Source of the DNA: Clostridia bacterium
Lineage (GTDB): Bacteria; Bacillota; Clostridia; Christensenellales; CAG-138
Direction: 5' to 3'
DNA length: 64,000 nt
NCBI GenBank assembly: GCA_017435905.1
Contig: JAFSEB010000032.1
Coordinates: 16,640 to 80,639 of the forward strand
In this document: positions 45,578 to 57,000 of the stretch, piece after piece
Layout: every line of letters starts with the position of its first letter
Numbering within the stretch: position 1 is the stretch's first letter
Position numbers and translations under genes: made by a program
Notes under the pieces: model-generated
Told to the model about the DNA's origin: nothing
Databases searched by the model: none
The model's input: only the letters and a program-made list of their open reading frames with translations

Positions 45578-47104
45578 ATGCCAGTTCCAACCGACCCAGC
45601 ATCCCTTTCGCATCATCGGTTCCATTTTCGTCCGTTGGTGCTTGCCGCTGCCGGTTTTGCATGCGGCGTATTCCTTGCATATCAAGTTTCAGGCATGCCT
45701 GCAGTTTTTGCGGCATGCCTGTTTCTTTTCTTCGGCGCTCTGTTTTTCCTCTCCCGCAATGCCGTTTATGCGATCCTTTTTCTCTCCCTTGCGGCAGGCA
45801 TGCTGCGCATGGCGGCTGCTTTGCCCACCCTGCCGCAGGAAGGGGAATATGAAATAACGGGCACCCTAGCTTCGGAAGTCGAAGCAAAGCAAGACCATGC
45901 GCTGGCGGTGCTTTACGGCGTGACCCTTGACGGGAAACCGCTTTCCGGCAGGGTGCAGATCCGCCTTCCCAAAGATGCGGCAAAGAAGCTGCAAACGGGC
46001 GATACCGTTTGTGTTTTCGCATCGCTCCGCATCCCCGAAAAGACGCCGGGCAGCAGCTTTGACCCACGTGCCTATTACCTTTCCGAGGGCATCACGGCCC
46101 TTGCTTATACAAAAGCAATACCGAAGGCGCTTTCCCACCGCATCGGTCCCAACTACCGCCTTGCCGCTTTCCGCATGCAGATGCACAACGCCCTTTCCCT
46201 TGCCTACGGCGAGGAAGCGCCCCTTGCCGCCGCCCTTTTGATGAACGATAAGTCTTTCCTGTCGGATGATGTGCAGGATGCCTTCCGCAGTGCAGGCGTT
46301 GCCCACATCCTTGCGTTGTCGGGGCTTCATGTGTCCGTGTTCGTATCCATGCTTGCGGCGGTGCTTCCAAAGCGGCTGCCGCTTCTCAGATTCCTTTTGG
46401 CCGCACTTTTCCTTTCCGCATACTGCCTGATCGCAAATTTTCCGCCCTCGCTGATCCGTGCTTCTGTCATGGCGCTGCTGACACTTGCGGCACCCCTTGC
46501 CGACAGGCGGTACGATAGCCCCTCCGCCCTTGCGGCGGCGCTGCTGCTGATCCTGCTGTTTTCCCCTGCAAGCCTGTTTTCCGTGGGGCTGCAGCTTTCC
46601 TTTGCCGCCACAGGCGCCATATTGCTGCTGCAGCGTCCGCTTGCATCGCTGTTTCGCCGCTTGCCAAAGGCGCTTTCGGGCAGCCTTTCCGTCACCCTTG
46701 CAGGCACCTTTGGCACGCTGCCGCCGACGGTACTGTACTTCGGGCAGCTGCCCCTTTATACCGTCTTTGCGAACATGATCATCGTGCCGCTGATGGGTAT
46801 TCTGCTGCCCCTTGTTCTCTTTGGCACGGCGGCGGTCGCCCTTTCGCCGGATGCGCTGTGGTGTGCTATGCTCCCCAAACAGCTTTTGATCATCCTGCGG
46901 CTGCTGACGGAGGAATTTGCTTCGCTGCCCTTTGCGGTGCTGCGCCTCAGCGTACCGAAGGCGCTGCCGCTTCTGCCGCTTTACGGCGCCATGCTGATGC
47001 TTTCCCCCTATCATTTACGGCCGAAGCGTGAAAAGCTGCAAACGGCAGCGCTGTTCCTGCTGCTGTCAGCGGCAATGCTTTTCATTCTGCGCTGTATGGC
47101 ATGA
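45578..47104 (+). CDS. comEC: ComEC/Rec2-family membrane protein (competence domain only)
   Basis: 508-aa polytopic protein with the GVAHILA(L)SGLHV motif. I see no HxHxDH metallo-beta-lactamase motif. Confidence 0.85.
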   Translation: MPVPTDPASLSHHRFHFRPLVLAAAGFACGVFLAYQVSGMPAVFAACLFLFFGALFFLSRNAVYAILFLSLAAGMLRMAAALPTLPQEGEYEITGTLASEVEAKQDHALAVLYGVTLDGKPLSGRVQIRLPKDAAKKLQTGDTVCVFASLRIPEKTPGSSFDPRAYYLSEGITALAYTKAIPKALSHRIGPNYRLAAFRMQMHNALSLAYGEEAPLAAALLMNDKSFLSDDVQDAFRSAGVAHILALSGLHVSVFVSMLAAVLPKRLPLLRFLLAALFLSAYCLIANFPPSLIRASVMALLTLAAPLADRRYDSPSALAAALLLILLFSPASLFSVGLQLSFAATGAILLLQRPLASLFRRLPKALSGSLSVTLAGTFGTLPPTVLYFGQLPLYTVFANMIIVPLMGILLPLVLFGTAAVALSPDALWCAMLPKQLLIILRLLTEEFASLPFAVLRLSVPKALPLLPLYGAMLMLSPYHLRPKREKLQTAALFLLLSAAMLFILRCMA

Positions 47105-47118
47105 TGCTTCCATCACAT

Positions 47119-47160
47119 AAAAAAGACGGATCGCACGCTGTGATCCGTCTTTTCTTTTTT
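47119..47160. terminator. Bidirectional hairpin terminator
   Basis: AAAAGACGGATC..GATCCGTCTTTT flanked by A and T runs. Confidence 0.75.
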
Positions 47161-47935
47161 ATTTGGTTGCAATGACGATGGGCTGATAAAAGCCCGTCTC
47201 CTCGGGAAATCTCCATTCTGCTTTGCCATAGCCCCTTGCAAGCAGCAGCTCTGTCAGTTCCTGCCTGCGCAAAGCCCTGTATTCGCAGTCAAATTTGTGC
47301 ACCTGCAGCGCTTCCCCATCGTCGATGATGTACTGCGTCAGCCTGTAGCGGATATCCTCCCATGTCCAGGTCTGGAAGGATACACGCTGTCCGTTTGCGG
47401 TCTTATGGATATAGGGCGGCGAATAAGGCGGTTTGCTTGCAAGCAGCACATCATAATCCCGGATGCTGGCAACGAATATGCCGCCCGGTACGATTTGATC
47501 CGCAATGCTTTTGACCGCTGCGGAAAGGTCGCTTTCCGTCAGCATATGCGGCAGCGCATTGTCCATGCAGATCACGATATCGAACCGTTCTGAAAAAGCA
47601 TCCTCCAAGGCACGGAAATCCGCATGGGCAAAACGAATACCGACGCCCTTCCTTTCCGCACGCACTTTCGCCTCTTCGAGTTCCCCGTCGCTGATATCGG
47701 AAGCGGCGACGGAATACCCAAGTGCTGCAAGACCGATGGCCTGTGTACCGATACCCGAAGCGCAATCAAGTACCGCTGCGGTTTTATCAAAGCCGTATTC
47801 CTTAAAAAGCCGGTCGAGGAGCAGCGCCTGTTCTGCCGTTGCGGCTTCCCAATCAAGAAACAGCTTATCGTACTGCGAAGCCATATCATCATAAAAACGC
47901 TGGATGATATTCATGTTGTATCCGTCCTTTTTCAT
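47159..47935 (-). CDS. Class I SAM-dependent methyltransferase
   Basis: 258 aa with motif I VLDCASGIGTQA and a post-I acidic residue (SD). Confidence 0.85.
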   Translation of the reverse strand: MKKDGYNMNIIQRFYDDMASQYDKLFLDWEAATAEQALLLDRLFKEYGFDKTAAVLDCASGIGTQAIGLAALGYSVAASDISDGELEEAKVRAERKGVGIRFAHADFRALEDAFSERFDIVICMDNALPHMLTESDLSAAVKSIADQIVPGGIFVASIRDYDVLLASKPPYSPPYIHKTANGQRVSFQTWTWEDIRYRLTQYIIDDGEALQVHKFDCEYRALRRQELTELLLARGYGKAEWRFPEETGFYQPIVIATK

Positions 47936-47978
47936 CGTTTCTTTCCCTGCATCATCTTACCACAGGCGGTACCCTGAT

Positions 47979-48013
47979 ACAACAACAGGCACAGCAAGTA
48001 AATGCTGTGCCTG
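47979..48013 (-). terminator. Hairpin terminator downstream of the giant ORF
   Basis: On the minus strand: CAGGCACAGCA-TTTACT-TGCTGTGCCTG followed by a U-rich stretch (TGTTGTT). The U tract is imperfect. Confidence 0.5.
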
Positions 48014-48030
48014 CTGCGGTTTTGTGTTTG

Positions 48031-51000
48031 TTATGCGCCCTGCTTTCTGCGGCGCCTTGCAAGTGCAAGGCACATTGCCGCAGCAAGGAACATCATGGCG
48101 ATGGGCAGGAGAGCCTCTTCGCCGCCGGTGGTGGGCGTACCGGGCGTGCCGGTGCCGGTCTCCGGTTCGTAGTAGTTCTGATAGTGGACATCGCCGTAAA
48201 CGGACTCGATCTTCACCTTGCCGGGCACGAGGATGCGAAGCGGTTCTTCTTCCGTACCGATATCGCCCTTTGCGGTCAGTTCAAGGGAGTCGCCGATGAT
48301 GTGGTAATCCTGTTTCGGCAGATCGGGATCGCCGTAAACATCGCCCTCTGCATTGATGACGATATCATCGCCCTTGATCTGATGGATGGTGGTATCGCCC
48401 TTGATATCAAGTGCGATATCCTCGCCCTCTGCGGTGATCTTATCCGCATTGACACGGATGGGATCTTCCCTGGTGCCGATGTTGCCTTGCGCATCAAGCT
48501 CGGCTTCACCGGCGCTGATGTTGGGCGTTTCGCCGGGCGCTGCGGTGATGTCGCCGCCCGCTGTGATATCGGCCTTGCCGCCTGCATCGATGCTGCCGAT
48601 CTCAAGATCGTCCTTATCCTGCACCGCAAAGTCATCCTTTGCGCTGCCGGAGAGGGAATCCGTATCGAGCCTGATGGGCTCTTTCTCCGTACCGACGCTG
48701 CCGGTGAGGGAATCGAGTTCCACATGCGGTGCATCGATGTGGGTGTTCTTTCCGCTGCCGGTAATGTCGCCGTCAGCGGAGACGGTCACATCGCTGTCCG
48801 AGGTGATGTCCTTGATGTTCACATCCCCATAGCCTGCAATATGCACGCCATCGGGCGCTTCTGCGGTAATGCCGCCGCCCACAGCAGCGCTGAGGGGTGC
48901 ATCCTCGCTGCCGATGCTGCCGCCTGCGGTGATATCGAGATCACCGGGAAGCTGCACGGTGGGTTCCTGCTTCAGCGCTTCTTCAAGCGCCTTGTCGGCC
49001 GCTTCACGCTTTGCTTCCGCATCCTGCCTTGCGGCTTCCGCTTCCGCCCTTGCGCTGTCCGCTTCGCTGCGTGCCGCTTCGGCTTCCGCCGTTGCCGCCG
49101 CTTCCGCTTCTTCCGCCTTCTTCAGCGCTTCTTCCAGCTGCGGCAGAGTACCCTTGAGCGTTTCAAGTTCCCTCTTCAGGTCAGCTTCCCTGCTCTCGCC
49201 GAGGACTGCATCCATGGCGGCCTTCTTTTCTTCCTCGCTCAGGCTTTCATCGGCACGGATCTTATCGAGTTCCTTCAGGATGTTCTCGATCTCGCCGATG
49301 CGGTCCTTTGCGCTGTTCAGAGCGTCTTCTGCCTTTGCGGTCTCTTCCTTTGCGGCGGCCTCTTTTTCTTCAAGACCCGCTGCGTGATCCTCGAGCACAT
49401 CCGCTGCATCTTCCTTGGCATCCGCCTCGGATTCCGCACGGTCGGCTTCCCGATCCGCCTCTGCCGCACCGTCCATGGCTGCGCCGGCATTGCCTGCCTC
49501 TTCGATGCTGCCGGGTGCGGTGATGGTCACATCGCCCTCGGTGGCGGTGATCTTCTCAAGGGTCAGATCACCGGTGGTCTCGCTGATCACGAGCTCGGTG
49601 CCCTCTGCGCTGAGAGTGCCTTCATCGCCGGTATCCACATCGAAGGGATCCTCTTCGGTGCCGATGGCGCCATCCGCCTTGAGGCTGATGTTTTCGCCCT
49701 GCACCTGCGTTTCCTTCTCATAGCGATCGCCTTCCACAAGGTCGCCGTCCGCATCGATGGAAACATCGCCGGTCTCGGAGACCACGGGGCCGACCACAAG
49801 ATCCTGCCCGTTGTTGTTGGAAAGGTCGATATCGCCCTTCGCTTCCGCATTGACCTGCCCGTTCTCGCTGTTGGCGATCAGATCGAGGTCACCGGGGTCG
49901 CTGATGCTGATGTCATCCTTCGCATTGACGGTGACGGTTCCGTCCACATCCGTCACAAAGGGATCTTCATAGGTGCCGACTTCGCCGTCATTCACGGTGA
50001 GTCCCGCATCGCCGCCGGCGGTGACGGAGCCTGCAACGCTGCCGGTAAGCTCTTCCACGAAGGCATTTTTGCCGGCATTGACGGTGAGTACCATACGGGG
50101 TTCGGGATCGGGCTGGTCCGCACGGATCCAGTCATAGCGGACTTCCACATCAAGGATCCACTGCATGACGGGGTTGCCGTTTCCGTCGAGGACTGCATTG
50201 CCGTTTTCATCAAGCACCGCTACCTGACGGAGCACGTACTTCTTTTCCGCCTCGGTGGGAACGAATTCCGTTACGCCCTCGGCACGCTTGTCGGCATATT
50301 CGCCGTCATAGTACATGTCTTCTTCGACACCCACCACGATCTCGGGGGCATTGTCACGCTGTTCAAGCTTGAGCGGCGCTTCTTCGGTACCCACATCGGC
50401 TGCTGCGGTCAGGGTAATATCCCTGCCGAGGATGTGGTGACCGTCTTCCGCCACGGCTTCACCTGCAAGGAGGCTGCCCTCTTCCACGGTAACGGTGACA
50501 TTGCCGCGCTCGGAGGTGATCTCGCCTGCGGTGAGGTCGCCCTCAGCCTGCGTTACGGTGATGCTGCCATCGTTGTAAAGGTAAGTGGTGCCGGTGGATT
50601 CGCCGATGGATACCGTGAGCTCCTTCGGTTCGGGATCGTCAATGGTGTCTTCACCTTCGGGGAAGGTGCTGCCATCAATCGCCGCACGGTAGAGCGCTTC
50701 GATATCCTCTTCGGTGAGGAGGCTGCCGAGGTATTCGCCGAGGTTCGGGATCGATTCGGGACCGTCTGCGGTGAGCTGCAGTTCAAGCAGCTTGGTAAGA
50801 ACAGCCTTGGCATCACGGTAGCCGGTTTCGTAGCCGCTGCCGGAATCGGGAGCCTTTTCATCGGGATGGAGTGTCGCTTCGGCATCCTCCGCATTGATGG
50901 CGCCGTCCGGGATGCCGAAGATGGCATCGTAGACAATGCTGCTGTCATCGGCAAGCATCTTTTCTACTTCCTTGGCTCCCGTATCATCCTTCCTGAGCGC

Positions 51001-54000
51001 AAGCGCTGCAAGGAAGTTATCATCAAGGTAGCGGAGAGCGCCGTGCAGACCCGGGAACGAACCGAGCTGCAGGAGGCGTTCGACCTGCGTACGGCTGATG
51101 GCTGTGGCGGTATCGGGATCAAGACCTGCCTGCCGCTTCTGTGCATCGGTAAGGTTTGCAAAGAAGGCTGCAAGGGCTTCATCCGACATGGCAGAGGCCA
51201 CTTCCTTCGCATCGGTGATCCGCTCGAGCTCATAGGTCTGCATCTTTCTGACCTCATCGGCAAGTTCCGCCTTGCGGTCATCGCCGAGGATCTCAAAGAT
51301 GCGCTCTGCGCCCATCAGCTCTGCGATCCACTTGGGATCAAGTCCCTCTTCCCTTGCAAGGCCGAGGAGGCTTTCCACAACGGCTGCGCTGAGCTGTGAA
51401 GTCCAGTTCTCACGGTCCGCACGCTCCATGATCCAGGCGGCAAGTTCTGCCGGGCTCTGGCTTGCAAGCGCCATTTCGAGGAACTGCTTTTCGATTTCCT
51501 TCAGGTGATCACCTTCAAGCTCGGTAACACGGTCGCTGCCAAGGTAGCCGGTAAATTCGTTCACCTTCGGGTTATCCGGGTGGGTGACAATATCCACGCC
51601 GAGGATCGGCGTATCGCCGACTTCCACTTCGTCATACTTGGTGGGATCTTCCGCATTCCTGTTGCCAAGGATGAGGTCGAGGGAATCGATATGGATGTTG
51701 CCCGCCACGGGGATGTTGAGGGTCACTGCCGCCGGGATATCCACGATCAGGCGGCTGTCTTCGGAGGCGATGGCGCCCTTTGCGGTAAGGCTGAGTCTGG
51801 AATCCGCATCGGTATCGGTATCGGCGAATTTGATGAAGGCACGCTCGCCGTATTCGCCGCACTCGATGCCGCTGTTCTTTCCGATATTGCCTTCCGCCGC
51901 AAGGATGACTTCGCTCTTCTTGGCGATGATGCTGTCAAAGAGGATATCCTCGCCTGCCGTCCAGTTGAGCTTGCTGTTCACGCTGCCGGTCTTATCGGCG
52001 GTGATGCTGCCGTCAAGCGCATCAAGGGTGATGCTGCTGCCGGAAGCCTTCATGTTGCCGGTGAGGGTAATGTCTTCGCCTGCCGTTACGGTTACATCGG
52101 AAGAGGTGCTGTCTGCGGCATTTTCGGAGGCGCCCTTATCGAGCGTGAAGGAGCCGGTCTTTGCGGTAACGCTGACGGTGGAATCCGCCGCCTTCACCAT
52201 ACCGGTGACTTCGGCATCCACGCCTGCCGCCACGGTAACGGTGCTGTCTTCCGCTTCGATGGCGTTGCCGGAGGTGCCCTGTTCAAGGCTGAAGCTGCCG
52301 TTTTCGGCGGTGACGCTGAGTTCGGATGCCGCCGCTTCGACGCCGCCCACGATGGAAGCATCTTCCGCTGCGGTCACATTCACGATGCTGCCGTTTACCG
52401 CAACGGCGCTTTCGGTGGTACCCTGATCCGCCCTGAAGGAGCGATCCGCTGTCATGTTCAGCTCGCTGTCATCGGCATAGATGCCGCCCACAACGGTGAT
52501 GTCGCCCGCTGCGGTCCAGGTGTAGGTGCTGTCCTCTGCCTTGATGCCTTCCGGCGTTACTTCGTTGGCACTGCCCGTGGCGGTATACCAATCAAGGTCT
52601 TCTTCCACGGTGATGCTGCCTGCCGCATCAAAGAGGAGATCGCTGCTGACGGTCCTGATGTTGTGGAAGGAGATATTGCCTTCGGAAGTGGCTGCGGTAT
52701 TCCCGGTGAAGCCGACTACCTTGCCGTCCTCCCTCACTTCGACCTGATTCGTCAGGATGGTGACGCTGCCCCGCTTTTCCCCTTCGTTTTCCACAATGAG
52801 GTCATAGCCGATCAGGCTGCCGTTGGCAAGTACGATCACAAGCTCGCTGCCCACGACCTTGGTGAGCGGATCAAGCTCCAGATCGCCTTCGGGAACGTAG
52901 ATATAGGCGTTCATGTTGACCACAGGATCGCCGTTCGCATCGAGGATGATCAGCTTGCCGTCTTCGGCTTTGGTCACCACATCAATGGGGTTGGATTCCT
53001 CGCCGAGGGTGCCGCTGCTGCTCATCTCAACGGTCACATCGCCTTCGGTGGCGGTGATGTCCGCATCATCGGTGCCTTCATCGCCGTCAAGGAGGCTTGC
53101 GCCGTTATCCTGCACGGTCAGCTTCACGCTGCTGCCTTCGAGTTCCTTCACGGAATAATCCGTGCCGGAGATCTCTTTCTGCTTGATGGATTCTTCCACC
53201 GTTTCATCAAACCAGTATACGCTGCCGTCGCTGCCCACACGGACGTAGGGATTGCCGCTGCGGTACTCGGTGTGATAGGTGACGCCGTTTTCGCTGTGAA
53301 CGGTCATTACAACGGTGTTTTCGTTGTTGTAAACGGTGATCTCCGCTTCCGCCGCAAAGCTGCTGACAGCAGTAGCTGCGACCCATGCGGAACCGTTGTA
53401 GAAGTAGTACTTGCCGTCCGTACCCTTGGCAACAGACTCGCTCATCCTGAGCAGGTGCTGCTGGCCGTGCAGGGTCACATTGCCTTCTGCCGCATCGTAA
53501 GCAACGCCGTTTTCCGCCGTGATGCCGTCTTCCTTGTAGCGGTTGACGGTCACATCGCCGGAATTGAGATCGTAACGAAGCTGGGTATGGGCGCCCTTAT
53601 CAAGGAAGGTGCCGTCTTCAGCGCGATCCCAGACGTTCTTGATAATCCGGCCGTCGGTGGAGACGAGAAGATCCTTGGAAACACGGTATACATCAAGGCC
53701 TTCATACCGGAAGTCCGCAAGGGTGATGGACTGACCGGCTTCAAGCTTGATGGTGGCTTCCGTGGCGATCTTGATGCGCGGGAACCTGAAGGTCACAAAG
53801 CCGATCTTCTTTTCGACCCATTCGATGCTCCTTGCACTCTCTGCAGACTGCAATACATACTTCTTCGGGTTGCCGAACTCATCGGTGCCCTTGTAGCCGT
53901 TCACGTCGGTGAACTCGTACACGGTGTTCAAAAGGATGTTCCAGGTCTTGTCGCCGTCTTCGATGACGTAACCGTTGGCGGTGATGTCGTCATCGGTACC

Positions 54001-57000
54001 CTTCTCGCCGTCTTCGCCATTATCAAGGACGATATCCTGCTGGGACAAGGCGGTAAGATCGATGTAGTTGTAAAGGACGGTGACCTGTGCCCTTGAAACG
54101 CTGTCGCCGATGTTGGCTGCGGTGGGCGTCCACACACGGTAGCCTGCAAGGTACTTGTTCTCTGCGCTGCCGTAGTAGTAGTTCTTGCCCGGTTCAAAGC
54201 CGCTCCAGCCTGCGAGGGTAGCAGAAACGGTGATATCGCCCTTGACGGTGTCAAGGAGCTTGCCATCCTTATCGTACTTCTCGGTGACGGTCTGGCTGAG
54301 GGTCGCAGAGAAGTCGTAGGAGGTGGTGCCAAAAGCACTGTCGAAGCAGGAACCGGTGTAGATGAGCGTCTTGGTGTAGCTGCCGTCCGCCTCCGGTGCA
54401 GAGGTGGTGGTGGAAGAGAGGCTCATGTTAACATTGTACTTCTCTTCCCCTGCCTTGCGGACGCCTTCATACACGCCAAGGAGATAGTTGGTACCGGTTT
54501 CGATGGCAAGTACGAAATACTTGTCATGATCGGGATTGGTACGGTTGTTGTAATCATCCTCGGTGATGAAGTAGTAGGTGACGCCGTCATGGGACTTCCA
54601 GAGGTACAGAGAGGAGGAATCCTCCTGCTCGTAGCCGCTTTCCGTGACAAGGTAGAGAAGCATCTCATCCTTGGCCTCTACGGTGCCGTTGAGCGTGTAC
54701 CAGCCCTTGCTGTCCTTGACCACATACAGTTCATAGCCTTCATCGCCTGCGGTCAGAACGCCGGTGGCAAGATCCAATGTCATGCCGCCGTATTCGTGGA
54801 AGGTGACGACGCTGCCGTTGATGCTGTAAAGCGAAGTATCAAGGGAGTGACCTTCCGCAGAGATGATCCTGCGGACGTTGCCGTCGGCATCAAGCTGCAG
54901 CTGCGTGCCGTTGGGCAGCGTATAGAGCTTGTACTCGCCGTTCTGGGCGCCGATCAGGAACTTCTGCAGGTCTTCTGCAGAAACCGTCACATTGCCAAGA
55001 TCGAGGGTCTCGGTGGTGAACTGGATCGCACCGGGGATGACCACCGTTGCCACACGGGAATCCGCAAGGTATTCCATGCGCAGTGCGGTGGGAAGCAGGA
55101 TATCAAGATCGCCCTTCGCCACGATGCTGTTAAGATCCAGCGTGCCGTTGATGGCAGCACCGGAAAGCGGCGCATCGGAAAGTCGGTCCACACAGGTGAT
55201 CTCGGTGAGGGTGAGCGCCATGTAAACATCGCCGGTGGCGGTGGTATTAATGACGGCATCCTCTCCGCCAAACACGGCAAGGTATGCAAGGAAGCGATCC
55301 GCTTCGCTGCTGCCGATGTTGTGGGCGTTCACGATGTTGAGTTCATGTACCCAGATGGGTGCAACGCCGGAGAAGCTGCCGAGCACCTGGGGCACGGTGT
55401 AGAGGCTGCCGTTGTATGGCCCTTCCTCATCATCGTCATCCTCGCCCTTGTTCTCCTCCGTCCAAACCACAGTAAGGGAACCGCGCTCGTTGGATACAAG
55501 ACCTGCAAAGGTCACATCGCCCCTGCCGCGGCTTTCCACGGTGATCTTCGGCACGGTGTTTTCGCTGACGCCAAGCTTGGACTTGTTGTAGCTGTTGGAC
55601 TGGCGCAGGTTCAGCGCATTGACCGTTGCGTGGGTGAAGGTCTCATTGAAGAGATCGATGTTCTGGAGAACGAGATCGTAATCGGTGCGGTTGGTCACGG
55701 TCAGGGTGTGGATGTACTGCTGGCCGTAGATGGTGTTGTCCGCAAGGCCGTTTGCATTGCCGATGACGGTGAGCTTGCCGGGCATCACGTTGGCGATGTT
55801 GCTGAAGCGGATGCTGCTGCCCACAAAGGTGTGCTTGAAGGAGGAGGTGGTGCCCACGCTCCTGACCTTGACGTTTCCGTCCTCTTCGTAAACATCGATG
55901 GCAATACCTGCCGCCGCATCGCCGATGTCGAAAATGACGCCGGAACCGATGCTGGTAGTTGCGGTCTTGTTAAGGTTGTTGACTTCCGATTCCTTTTCGC
56001 TGGCAATGGCTTTGCGTGTGCCCACCGCATCGATGAACACGTTGCCGTTGAAGGCGTTGCGGTCGATGCGGACATCGGCACCGGTCAGGCGGGCGCCGTC
56101 GAGCACGGTCACCTTCACATCTGCGCTGCCATAGAGCCTTGCGTAGGATTCCACACGGCCCGCAAAGGCGGTGATCTTGGTATCCGCCTTAACGGAGATG
56201 TGGTTGCCGCCGTTATCGGGCGTGCCGTCCGCAAGGATGGAGAGGGAATCGTAAGCGTTCAGATGGGCATTGCCGACGGTGGCTGCCGCATCAAGGTAGA
56301 AGTGGACATCGCTGTAGGCGTGTGCGAAGTTCAGGAAGCCCTTGGTGCTGGCGTAGCTGTAGTTATCGATGGAAAGGGTCACGATATCCGCCTTCACGTC
56401 GATGTTCTTCGCAGTGACCTTGCTCCTGTCAGAGGAGCCGTTTGCAATGTTCACACGGGAAGCAAGGGTAAATTCCGTGCTGTAGTCACGGTCGGGCAGG
56501 TTGGCTTCCGCATCGGTATCGCCGCCAAGCGCAACGGAGCCGATATCGCCCTCGGTCTTCACCTTTGCCGCACTGTTATGGGACTGGATATTCACGTTGC
56601 CGAAGGTGTTGGTGATGTTCACACCGCCGCCCACGGTCACATCGCTGCTGCTGACATAGCGGGTATTGGACTTCACGTTGCCGATGGTCACGATGCCTGC
56701 GCTGTTGCCGGAAGCGATAGTTTCGATATCATCCTTCTCGCCTGCACGGGAGAGGATATCGATGCTGCCGAAGTCCGCAAAGAGCGTTGCACCGTCAAGC
56801 ACCTTAGTATCCACATCACGCTTAAGGCTGTTGTGCGCCTGCAGCGTACCGCCGTCAAAGATGCCGCCGCTGTTGGCGTTGGTGCTGGCGTGCATCTTCG
56901 CATTGGAATCGGCTTCCACACGGATGTCCTTGTGTGCCCAAAGGTTTGCATTGCTTCCGACGGAAGCGGAAGTGGTCTGCTCAACGGTGTTTTCCGCATA

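Noticed and set aside
48007-54096. Very long plus-strand ORFs (1130 aa at 48007-51399, 863 aa at 51505-54096, and many of 60-280 aa up to 63628) antisense to the giant gene.
   Set aside because: Their translations are low-complexity strings dominated by Arg/Gly/Ala/His/Ser/Pro with no motifs, RBS or promoters. They are the expected stop-free mirror frames of a GC-rich, GNN/NNC-biased repeat gene. The minus-strand frame alone shows ordered modules and a C-terminal anchor signal.
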